Shown in pieces: positions 1 through 10,648 of a stretch of DNA of 32,149 bases. Each line of letters begins with the position of its first letter. Positions within the stretch are counted from its first letter, which is position 1. A program made the position numbers and the translations under genes. This stretch comes from an uncultured Gemmatimonadaceae bacterium. GTDB taxonomy: Bacteria > Gemmatimonadota > Gemmatimonadetes > Gemmatimonadales > Gemmatimonadaceae. The notes beneath the pieces were generated by a model. It ran no database searches and was not told the origin of the DNA. It saw only the letters and a list, made by a program, of their open reading frames with translations. The stretch is from the NCBI GenBank assembly GCA_963822945.1, contig CAWGJO010000016.1, positions 1 to 32,149 on the forward strand. The letters run 5' to 3'.

Positions 1-1
1 C

Positions 2-871
2 ATTTCCCTGCGGGGGCGGCCCCGGGTGGTGCTGTTCGACGCTCGCGAGCAGGCGGGCGTGGTCCTGACGGCTCTGCGGCGGCTCAAAGCCGATTCGTAC
101 GCGGCGGTCGTGCCCGCAGTCATCGTCTCCGGGGACGACGACCGGGCGTTTGGCGAGGCCTTTGCGGCGGGGGCCGACGAGGTGGTGCGCAGCTCGTTGT
201 CGCCCGAGGAAACGAGCATCCGGCTGGATGCCATGCTGCGGCGGTCCGACCGCGATCTCGTCGTGCACCCGTCCACGCGGTTGCCGGGAGCGGTCGAAAT
301 CGAGGCCGACGTCTCGCGGCGCCTGCAGGGCACGGCGCCGTTCGCCATGTGCTATGCCGACCTCGATCATTTCAAGGAATTCAACGATCGCTATTCGTAC
401 TACGACGGCGACCGCTGCATTCGCATCCTGGCCAAAGTGCTGCACGACGTCGTGAAGGGGCTGTGCCGCGACGACGGCTTCGTCGGCCACATCGGCGGTG
501 ACGATTTCATCTTCGTCATCCCACTGGATGCCGTTCCGGAAGTGTGTTCCGAGATCGTCTCGGTGTTCGACACCCTGATCCCGTATCAGTATTCCGAGCA
601 GGATCGACGCGCAGGTTATTTTTTCGGGAAGGATCGCCGGGGCCAGTTGCACCGGGTTCCCTTGATGACGGTGTCCATCGGCGTGGTCACGAACGAGCGC
701 CGCAAGTTTGCCCACGCCGCGCAGATGAGCGAATTGGCCACCGAGATGAAGAGCTACGCCAAGACCCTGCCGGGTTCCGTGTATACGGTCGACCGGCGTA
801 CGGATGAAACGGCACTCGAGGAGGTCGACGTGGAACAGGCCGGTGCATCCGGTGGGACGGAGGAGCAGTGA
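2..871 (+). CDS. Atypical receiver (REC) + GGDEF diguanylate cyclase; 5' end lies outside the window
   Basis: Frame is open back to base 2 (ISLRGRPRVVLFD...). REC remnants VVLFD, VIVSG and AGADEVV lack the conserved Lys. GGDEF motifs YADLDHFKEFND...GD, GHIGGDDF and TVSIG are present. Confidence 0.88.
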   Translation: MSLRGRPRVVLFDAREQAGVVLTALRRLKADSYAAVVPAVIVSGDDDRAFGEAFAAGADEVVRSSLSPEETSIRLDAMLRRSDRDLVVHPSTRLPGAVEIEADVSRRLQGTAPFAMCYADLDHFKEFNDRYSYYDGDRCIRILAKVLHDVVKGLCRDDGFVGHIGGDDFIFVIPLDAVPEVCSEIVSVFDTLIPYQYSEQDRRAGYFFGKDRRGQLHRVPLMTVSIGVVTNERRKFAHAAQMSELATEMKSYAKTLPGSVYTVDRRTDETALEEVDVEQAGASGGTEEQ

Positions 872-1857
872 ACGTCGTATGCCCTGAATGCCGGTCGGTC
901 TTCCGGATCGACCCTGCGAAGGTGCCCGAGGGAAGTGTGCGGGCGCGTTGCTCGGTGTGCGGAGGCGTGATTGTCGTCGCCGAAGAAGCGAACGGGCAGG
1001 CGGCCGGTGCCGTGCCGCCCCGCGCGAGCACGCCCGCTGTTCGCGCGACCCCGCCGGCCCCGAACAAACCCACCCCTGCGGTCGGGGCCAAACCGGTCGG
1101 CGAGGCGCCGGCCGAGACGCCTCGTCCCACGCCAGTGCCGCCGCAACCTCCGCCGCCGCCACCCCCGGTATCGGTGAAGCCGGTGGCCCCAACCCCCCCG
1201 GCGAGCCCGAGACTGCCGCTCTCCACGCCGCAGGCGCCCGCGCGTCGCGCGCCCGTGATGCCGCCTCGGACGCCGCCGGCTGCTTCGCCGCGTTCCGGCC
1301 CCGCGCCGGCGCCGCCGGCGGGCCCCAAACGCGGTGTGGCGCCATTCGCGGGCCCACGAGGGCCGCGGATCGGGGGGGCGTCCCCACGCATGCCCACGGC
1401 GCCGCAGCGGTCGCCGGTATCCGCTCCGCGGGCCCCTCAGTCGCCGCCGCCGGCGCCCGCGATCCCTCCCGTGTCGCCGCCCGCGCCCGCGAGTCCTTCG
1501 GTGCCGACCCCGGGACGGGCGAGCGGGGCCGTCCCCGCGCCGAGCGGTGCGGGAAGCGAAGGGCCCCGGAAGACGCCGATCAATCCGTTCCTGGCCAACG
1601 ATCCCAACACCAAAGCCAAACGGCTGGCGCGAGCGCTCGTGTCGGATCTCATCGTGTACTTCCCACAGAAGCGCGACGAGGGACTGCGAGACGGCACGCT
1701 CAAGCAGCTGTTCCGGGAAGAGATCAAGAAGAGCTTCGAGGAATTCGTGGACCAGGTGGGATCGGAATTCGCGGAATCGACGACGCACTTCACCGATGCG
1801 TTGAACGACATTCTGGCGAATGGGCAGAAAGTGTTCGCCGGTCCGTATCTGGGGTAG
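868..1857 (+). CDS. MJ0042-type zinc-ribbon protein with long Pro/Ala-rich linker and C-terminal RomX-like helical domain
   Basis: GTG start overlaps the upstream TGA (GTGA) with GGAGGAG just upstream. CPEC-x18-CSVC finger, about 190 aa Pro-rich region, C-terminal KAKRLARALVSDLIVY...FTDALNDI. Confidence 0.85.
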   Translation: MNVVCPECRSVFRIDPAKVPEGSVRARCSVCGGVIVVAEEANGQAAGAVPPRASTPAVRATPPAPNKPTPAVGAKPVGEAPAETPRPTPVPPQPPPPPPPVSVKPVAPTPPASPRLPLSTPQAPARRAPVMPPRTPPAASPRSGPAPAPPAGPKRGVAPFAGPRGPRIGGASPRMPTAPQRSPVSAPRAPQSPPPAPAIPPVSPPAPASPSVPTPGRASGAVPAPSGAGSEGPRKTPINPFLANDPNTKAKRLARALVSDLIVYFPQKRDEGLRDGTLKQLFREEIKKSFEEFVDQVGSEFAESTTHFTDALNDILANGQKVFAGPYLG

Positions 1858-1877
1858 AGTAGGACCGCGGACGCCAC

Positions 1878-1883
1878 TATCTT
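1878..1883 (+). promoter_or_regulatory. Putative -10 element (TATCTT) for the prfB-lysS operon
   Basis: TAnnnT hexamer in the 95-nt intergenic gap, about 70 nt upstream of the prfB ATG. No clear -35 seen. Confidence 0.4.
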
Positions 1884-1952
1884 GCAGAGCGACAGGGGGA
1901 GTGCGCCGGGCCGTCCGCGACAGGGTGGACGGCTCGTGTCTTACCGGAGAGA

Positions 1953-3063
1953 ATGATGGCCGAGAGTGAGCGGATGCGGGCGTTGCGCGGATACGCGGAG
2001 CGCCTGGCCGAGATGCGGAGGTATCTTTGACATCGACGGCAAGCGGGAAACGCTAGCCGCCCTCGAATCGCGCATGGCCGACGGGGCGTTCTGGAACAAC
2101 CAGGAGAAGGCGCAGGACGTCGTCCAGCAAGTGAAGAAGCTGCGCGGGTGGGTGGAGCCATTCTCGGCGCTGACGGCGCGCGAGGCGAGCGCCCGTGAAC
2201 TGGCGGAGCTGCTCGAGGCCGAACCCGACGCCGAGATGACGGCCGAACTGGACCGGGACATCGCAAAGCTGAGCGACGATCTGGAGGCGTTCCGGCTCCG
2301 CTCGCTGCTGTCGGGACCCGACGACTTCCGGGCCGCGCAGCTGGAGATCAGCGCCGGTGCCGGCGGAACCGAGGCCCAGGACTGGGCCGAGATGCTCATG
2401 CGCATGTACACGCGCTGGGCCGAGCGCCGCGGGTTCTCGGTGGACGTGCTCGACCTGAGCGAGGGGGAAGAGGCCGGGATCAAGGGCGCCGTGCTCGAGA
2501 TCAACGGGGACTTCGCCTACGGATTCCTGAAGGGGGAGACCGGGGTGCACCGGCTGGTGCGCATCTCGCCGTTCGACGCCCAGGCCCGCCGCCATACCAG
2601 CTTCGCCTCGGTGTTCGTCTATCCCGTGGTGGACGAGACGATCAACATCGAGATCCGCGATGAGGATCTGAAGATGGACGTCTTCCGGGCCTCGGGCGCC
2701 GGCGGGCAGCACGTGAACAAGACGAGTTCGGCGGTGCGGCTCACGCACATGCCCTCGGGCATCGTCGTTTCGTCGCAGCAGGAGCGTTCCCAGCACAAGA
2801 ACAAGCAGACGGCGCTGAAGATGCTCAAGAATCGCCTCTATCAGCTCGAGGCGGAGAAGCAGGCCCGCAAGAAGGCGGAACTGGACGCGACGAAGGCGGA
2901 CGTGACCTTCGGCAGCCAGATTCGCAGCTACGTCTTCCAGCCCTATACGATGGTGAACGACCACCGGACCGAACTGAAGATCCCCGATGTCCAGAAGATC
3001 ATGGACGGCGGCATCGACCCCTTCATCGAGGCGTACCTCACGGCCGCGGGGTCGGCGGCATGA
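1953..3063 (+). CDS. prfB: Peptide chain release factor 2, programmed +1 frameshift
   Basis: ATG1953 (or 1956) reads M(M)AESERMRALRGYAERLAEMRRYL then CTT-TGA-C at 2025-2031. The +1 frame continues DIDGK... and contains SPF (ISPFD) and GGQ (GAGGQHVN). About 369 aa. Confidence 0.97.
2017..2031 (+). promoter_or_regulatory. RF2 autoregulatory +1 frameshift cassette (GGAGG-TAT-CTT-TGA-C)
   Basis: Internal SD GGAGG at 2017-2021, 3 nt before CTT TGA C, which is the canonical prfB arrangement. Confidence 0.95.
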
Positions 3064-4550
3064 GCGACGATCTCAACTTCGTCCAGCGAGCCCGGCGTGA
3101 GAAACTGGCCGAACTCGAGGCCCGCGGCATTCCGCCCTTCGCGTATCGGTTCGCGTGGACGCATCGCGCGACGCAGGCTCTGGCGCTGCTCCCGGAGGGT
3201 GTCGACGAGGGGCCGACGGTGCGCGTGGCCGGGCGGCTCGTCGCCTGGCGTGCCCATGGGAAGACCACGTTCGCGCACCTCGCGGACGGACCGGCCCGAC
3301 TGCAGTTGTACTTCAAGAAGGACGTGTTGGGCGAGGACGTGTACGGCCACCTCGAGCTGTTCGATATCGGGGACGTGGTGGGTGTGACGGGCCCGCTCTT
3401 CCGCACACGCACCGGCGAGGTGACCGTGCGGGTGGAGCAGGTGGAGATGCTCGCCAAGTCGCTCAGGCCGCTGCCCTTCGGCAAGGAAGAGACGGTGGAC
3501 GGGCGCGTGGTGCGTCATTCGGGGTTCACGGATCCGGAACAGCGCTATCGCCAGCGCTACGCCGATCTGGCCGTGCATCCCGAGGTGCGGGCGCTGTTCA
3601 TCGCGCGGACCCGGATGGTCCGGGCAATCCGGGCCTCGCTCGACGCCCGGGACTTTCTGGAGGTGGAGACGCCGGTGCTGCAGCCGCTGTACGGCGGCGC
3701 GGCGGCCAAGCCCTTCACCACGCATCACAATGCGCTCGACATGCCGTTGTTCCTGCGGATTGCCGACGAGCTGTATCTCAAGCGGCTCGTGGTGGGCGGA
3801 CTCGACCGCGTGTATGAGATCGGGCACGACTTTCGTAACGAAGGCATCGACCGGACGCACAATCCGGAGTTCACGATGCTCGAGTTCTATCAGGCGTACG
3901 GCGACTACGGCGACATGATGGATCTCGTCGAGGCGCTGGTGACGGAGGCCGCGCGCGCCGTGGCCGAGGTGCCGGCGTTTGCCGAAAAGGTACCGGTGCT
4001 CGCGCCGCCGTTCGCCCGCGTCGAGTGGGTGCCGGCGTTGAACGCCGGGCTCGGGTTCGATTGCCTGGCGGCGAGCGACGCCGAACTGCGCGCGGCCGGC
4101 CGGAGGCACGGCGTGGAGCGGGTGGACGAGTTGAGCCGGCCCAAGCTCCTCGACGAGCTCTTCCAAGCGCTGGTCGAGTCGAAGATCGACACGCCGACGT
4201 TCGTCCTCGACTATCCGCGCGAATTGTCGCCGCTGGCGAAGCCCAAGCGGGGCAATCCGGCGTTGACCGAGCGGTTCGAATTGTTCGCGGCGGGGCGCGA
4301 GTTGGCGAACGCGTTCAGCGAACTCAACGATCCCATCGACCAGCGCTCGCGGTTCGAGGCTCAGGCGCGGCTGCGGGCCGCGGGAGACGAAGAGGCCTCC
4401 ACCGTGGACGAGGACTACCTGCGGGCCATGGAGTACGGCATGCCGCCGATGGGGGGGGTCGGGATCGGCATCGATCGCCTGTTCATGTACCTCACCGACA
4501 CGGCGAACATCCGCGACGCGATTCTCTTTCCGACCATGCGGCCCGAATGA
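3060..4550 (+). CDS. lysS: Lysine--tRNA ligase, class II
   Basis: OB-fold VAGRL, RYRQRYADL, FLEVETP, GGAAAKPF, LRIADELYLKRL, FRNEGID..HNPEFTMLEFY, EYGMPP.GG.GIGIDRL. Confidence 0.97.
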   Translation: MSDDLNFVQRARREKLAELEARGIPPFAYRFAWTHRATQALALLPEGVDEGPTVRVAGRLVAWRAHGKTTFAHLADGPARLQLYFKKDVLGEDVYGHLELFDIGDVVGVTGPLFRTRTGEVTVRVEQVEMLAKSLRPLPFGKEETVDGRVVRHSGFTDPEQRYRQRYADLAVHPEVRALFIARTRMVRAIRASLDARDFLEVETPVLQPLYGGAAAKPFTTHHNALDMPLFLRIADELYLKRLVVGGLDRVYEIGHDFRNEGIDRTHNPEFTMLEFYQAYGDYGDMMDLVEALVTEAARAVAEVPAFAEKVPVLAPPFARVEWVPALNAGLGFDCLAASDAELRAAGRRHGVERVDELSRPKLLDELFQALVESKIDTPTFVLDYPRELSPLAKPKRGNPALTERFELFAAGRELANAFSELNDPIDQRSRFEAQARLRAAGDEEASTVDEDYLRAMEYGMPPMGGVGIGIDRLFMYLTDTANIRDAILFPTMRPE

Positions 4551-5800
4551 CGCGACTCGAGTTCTCGATTGCGTGGCGATATCTGCGGAGCCGGCGCGGG
4601 TCGCGGCTGCTCTCCCTGATCAGCGTGATCGCGATGGGCGGGGTGATCATCGGGGTGAGCGCGTTGATCCTGATCAACGGCGTGATGACGGGCCTGCAGA
4701 CGGATCTGCGCAACAAGATCCTGCTCGGCAGTCCCGATCTGCGGGTGCTGACGTACGGCGACGACCTGACGATGGCGCGTCCCGACACCGTGCTGCCGAT
4801 CGTGCTGCGGCAGCCGGGCGTGGTGGCCGCGGCTCCCTTCGTCCTCGCCCAGGCGATCATGTCGGGCGGGCACCAGTATCACGACGGCGTGATGGTGATG
4901 GGAATCGAGCCGGCGGGGCCGCACACGAAGCCGGTCACGGCCATCCGCTCGACCGCGACGGCCGGCGACTTCTCGTTTCGCACCGCCGGTGGGAGCGACG
5001 ACGGGGTGGTGATCGGTGAACGGCTCGCGGACCGCCTGGATGTGCGCCCGGGCATCGACACCGTGACCCTCTTTTCCCTGGGCGGTGACGCCATCTCGCC
5101 GGTGACCGGGCTGCCGGACGTGCACACCGTGCGCCTGCCCGTGACGGGCGTCTTCGAGAGCGGGATGTACGAGTACGACAACGGCTACGTCTTCACGTCG
5201 GTGAAGACGGCACAGGATCTGGCCCAACTCGGGTCGGACGTGACCGGCATCGAGGTCAAGACGGCCACGCTCTGGCAGGCCCCGGCCATTGCGTCGGCGC
5301 TGGCCGATACGCTCGGCTATCCGTACCGCACCGAAGACTGGCAACAGCAGAATTCGTCCCTCTTTCAGGCGCTCAAGCTGGAAAAGCTGGGGATGGCAGT
5401 GATCCTGCTGCTCATCGTGCTGGTGGCGGCTTTCAACATCGTGAGCACGCTGACGATGGTGGTGGCGGACAAGACCCGGGAGATCGGGATCCTGCGGGCG
5501 ATGGGGATGCCGGCGCGTTCGATTCGCCGCATATTCTTCGCCCAGGGCGTGGTGATCGGCGTGGTCGGTACGGGAGTGGGGTTGGTGCTCGGGCTGGCCA
5601 TCGGAATCGCCGTAGACCGGTTCCGGCTGATTCCGCTGAATCCGCAGATATATTTCATAGACCACCTGCCGGTGACGACCCACGTGACGGACGTCGCGCT
5701 GATCGTCCTGGCGAGTCTGGGGATCGCGGCCCTGGCCACGGTCTACCCGGCGACGCAGGCGGCAAAGCTCTATCCCGTCGAAGCGATTCGACACGAATGA
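4547..5800 (+). CDS. lolE: Lipoprotein-releasing ABC transporter permease (LolC/E family, single copy)
   Basis: ATG4547 overlaps the lysS stop. IAWRYLR, DWQQQNSSLFQALKLEK, VAAFNIVSTLTMVVADKTREIGILRAMG, YPA..AA...PVEAIRHE. Confidence 0.9.
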   Translation: MTRLEFSIAWRYLRSRRGSRLLSLISVIAMGGVIIGVSALILINGVMTGLQTDLRNKILLGSPDLRVLTYGDDLTMARPDTVLPIVLRQPGVVAAAPFVLAQAIMSGGHQYHDGVMVMGIEPAGPHTKPVTAIRSTATAGDFSFRTAGGSDDGVVIGERLADRLDVRPGIDTVTLFSLGGDAISPVTGLPDVHTVRLPVTGVFESGMYEYDNGYVFTSVKTAQDLAQLGSDVTGIEVKTATLWQAPAIASALADTLGYPYRTEDWQQQNSSLFQALKLEKLGMAVILLLIVLVAAFNIVSTLTMVVADKTREIGILRAMGMPARSIRRIFFAQGVVIGVVGTGVGLVLGLAIGIAVDRFRLIPLNPQIYFIDHLPVTTHVTDVALIVLASLGIAALATVYPATQAAKLYPVEAIRHE

Positions 5801-6495
5801 TGGTTCTCGAGGCGATCGACCTGGCCAAGACGTACACCGGCGGTGACGGGGGACTCCTCACCGTGCTGGACGGGGTCCGCCTGGAGGTCGCGCGCGGGGA
5901 GATGGTGGCCATCGTGGGGGCGAGCGGGGCGGGGAAGAGCACGCTGCTGCATCTGCTCGGCGCCCTCGACACGCCGACGCGGGGCGCCGTACGCATCGAC
6001 GGCCACGCTCTGGCCGGGCTCGACGACGACACCCTCTCCGCCCTGCGGAACCGGAGCATCGGGTTCGTCTTCCAGTTCCACCATCTGCTGCGGGAATTCA
6101 GCGCGCTCGAGAACGTGATGATGCCGATGCGAGTGAGCGGGAAGTCGCCGGCGGAGGCGCGCGACCGCGCCGCGGACCTGCTGGGGCGCGTGGGGTTGGA
6201 TGGGCGCATGCACCACCGTCCGGCGGAGCTGTCGGGCGGCGAACAGCAGCGCACCGCCGTGGCGCGGGCACTGGCCATGGCGCCGGCCCTGTTGCTCGCC
6301 GACGAGCCGTCGGGGAATCTGGACCACGCCAACAGCGAGCGGCTGCACGACCTGCTCGCCGCGCTGGCCCGCGACCTGTCGATCGCGATGGTGGTGGTGA
6401 CGCACAACCGATCGCTGGCCTCGCGGGCCGACCGCGTATTGTTGCTGGAGGACGGGGTGCTCCGCCCGACGGATCTCCAACAGGTGCTGGCCTGA
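5797..6495 (+). CDS. lolD: Lipoprotein-releasing ABC transporter ATP-binding protein
   Basis: Walker A GASGAGKST, LolD motif GFVFQFHHLL, LSGGEQQR, LLADEP; coupled to lolE. Confidence 0.92.
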   Translation: MMVLEAIDLAKTYTGGDGGLLTVLDGVRLEVARGEMVAIVGASGAGKSTLLHLLGALDTPTRGAVRIDGHALAGLDDDTLSALRNRSIGFVFQFHHLLREFSALENVMMPMRVSGKSPAEARDRAADLLGRVGLDGRMHHRPAELSGGEQQRTAVARALAMAPALLLADEPSGNLDHANSERLHDLLAALARDLSIAMVVVTHNRSLASRADRVLLLEDGVLRPTDLQQVLA

Positions 6496-6980
6496 TGCTC
6501 TGCGATACCTGCCACGAGCGCGACGCCGTCGTGCACCTCACGCAGATCGAGAACAATACGGTCTCGCAGATCCATCTGTGCGAGCACTGCGCCGCGGAGC
6601 GCGGTGTGGAGACGACCGTGGCGGAGGTGAAGCACCCGTTGGGGGAATTGCTGCACGCCGTGCAGGCCCAGATGCTGCCGGCTGGGGATCCCGAGGAGCG
6701 GTGCGACTTCTGCGGCTCCACGATGGCCGATTTCCGGGCCACCGGTCGGTGGGGGTGTCCGCATTGCTACGTGACGTTCGAGAGCAGCATGCGGGGGCTG
6801 CTGCGACGGCTCCACGGGAGCTCGCAGCACGTGGGCGAGCACCACCAGGTGCCGCAGTCGGAGGCGGTGGAACGGACCGCCAAGCTGGCCGAACTGCAGG
6901 AGCGGCTGCGTCGGGCGGTCGAGACCGAGCAGTTCGAGCTCGCGGCCGACCTCCGCGATCGGATCCGGGGGCTCGAATGA
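6495..6980 (+). CDS. mcsA: McsA, protein-arginine kinase activator (UvrB/C motif protein)
   Basis: Four CxxC motifs (CDTC, CEHC, CDFC, CPHC) and C-terminal UVR motif EQFELAADLRDRI; directly upstream of mcsB. Confidence 0.92.
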   Translation: MLCDTCHERDAVVHLTQIENNTVSQIHLCEHCAAERGVETTVAEVKHPLGELLHAVQAQMLPAGDPEERCDFCGSTMADFRATGRWGCPHCYVTFESSMRGLLRRLHGSSQHVGEHHQVPQSEAVERTAKLAELQERLRRAVETEQFELAADLRDRIRGLE

Positions 6981-8059
6981 TCGATCTCAGCCTGTTGCCC
7001 GACGGGGGCGTCGGGTGGTTGGACGCCTCGGGCAAGCATGCCGACGTGGTGCTATCCACGCGGGTGCGGCTGGCGCGGAACCTGGAGGGGTTCGCGTTCA
7101 CGGGCCGGGCGCGCGATGGGGAGCGCCTGCGCGTGCTGTCGCAGGTGGAGGCCGCGGTGCAGGAGGTCGCGCCGCTCCGTGGCAGCCAACTGCTGCGGGT
7201 GGACGAGATGCCGGCGCTGGACCGGCTGTTGCTGCACGAACGGCACCTCGTCAGCAAAGAGCTGGCGGGGCTGGACGAACCGCATCCATTGCGGAGCGGG
7301 GCGGCGGTGGTGGTTGGGGACCAGACGAGCCTGATGGTGAACGAGGAGGACCATCTGCGCCTCCAGGCGATGCGGTCCGGGTTTGCGCTGCCCGAAACAT
7401 TTGCCCGGATTCATGAACTGGAGCGCGAATTGGGGGCTCGGCTGCCCTTTGCGTACCACCGTGAATTCGGGTTCCTGACGGCGTGCCCCACGAACGTCGG
7501 CACGGGGATGCGGGCGTCGGTGCTGATCCATCTGCCGGGGTTGGTGCTCACCAAGGAGATCGGGAAGGTGCTGGCCGGGCTCCAGCAGATGGGACTGACG
7601 TACCGCGGGCTGTACGGCGAGGGGAGCGAGGTGGTGGGGAACTACTTCCAGATTTCGAACCAGACGACGCTGGGGCGTTCGGAGGAAGAGTTGCTCGACC
7701 AACTGCTTCGCGTGGTGGACCACGTGGTGGAGCGGGAGGAGGAGGCGAGGCGTGTGCTGTGGCGGGACGCCGGTTATATTATTGAGGACAAACTGTGGCG
7801 CGCGTTCGGCACTCTGCGCTATGCCCGGAACCTGACGTTCGAGGAGGCGATGAACTTCCTCAGCGGGGTGCGGCTGGCGGTAGGGCTGAAACTGATCCGC
7901 GGGCTCAGTGTATACACGCTCAACAAGCTCCTGATCTTCTCCCAAGCCGCACACCTGGCGTACGCCGAGGGCCGGCCGCTCAGCGAGAGCGAGACGTGTC
8001 AGGCGCGCGCGCGGTACGTGCGGAACGCGCTCGAAACGGAAGCCGGATCGGTCGGGTAG
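6977..8059 (+). CDS. mcsB: Protein-arginine kinase McsB
   Basis: [64 protein letters not shown]6977 overlaps the mcsA stop. Confidence 0.95.
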   Translation: MIDLSLLPDGGVGWLDASGKHADVVLSTRVRLARNLEGFAFTGRARDGERLRVLSQVEAAVQEVAPLRGSQLLRVDEMPALDRLLLHERHLVSKELAGLDEPHPLRSGAAVVVGDQTSLMVNEEDHLRLQAMRSGFALPETFARIHELERELGARLPFAYHREFGFLTACPTNVGTGMRASVLIHLPGLVLTKEIGKVLAGLQQMGLTYRGLYGEGSEVVGNYFQISNQTTLGRSEEELLDQLLRVVDHVVEREEEARRVLWRDAGYIIEDKLWRAFGTLRYARNLTFEEAMNFLSGVRLAVGLKLIRGLSVYTLNKLLIFSQAAHLAYAEGRPLSESETCQARARYVRNALETEAGSVG

Positions 8060-8084
8060 TGCGCTACCTGCCGACCTCGAGGGG

Positions 8085-10578
<2,494 letters not shown>

Positions 10579-10590
10579 TCCATCAGCCGT

Positions 10591-10625
10591 CGGCCGGCCA
10601 GCCCCCAGGCGGGCTCGGCCGGCCG
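10591..10625 (+). other. GC-rich stem-loop after clpC (possible terminator or RNA-stability hairpin)
   Basis: CGGCCGGCC-AGCCC pairs with GGGCT-(C)-GGCCGGCCG, 14 bp with one bulge; no clear U-tract. Confidence 0.5.
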
Positions 10626-10632
10626 CATTGCG

Positions 10633-10638
10633 TATATT
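10633..10638 (+). promoter_or_regulatory. Putative -10 element (TATATT) for bamA
   Basis: TATATT lies 10 nt upstream of ATG10649, and no SD is visible in between. Confidence 0.5.
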
Positions 10639-10648
10639 TAGGGTCTCC

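Noticed and set aside
349..510. Possible Hypr (cGAMP-forming) GGDEF
   Set aside because: The guanine-specifying Asp is retained (NDRYSYYDGD); Hypr enzymes such as GacA carry Ser there.
1000..1560. CCG-rich stretch as a tandem repeat or array
   Set aside because: No fixed repeat unit; it simply encodes the Pro/Ala-rich linker.
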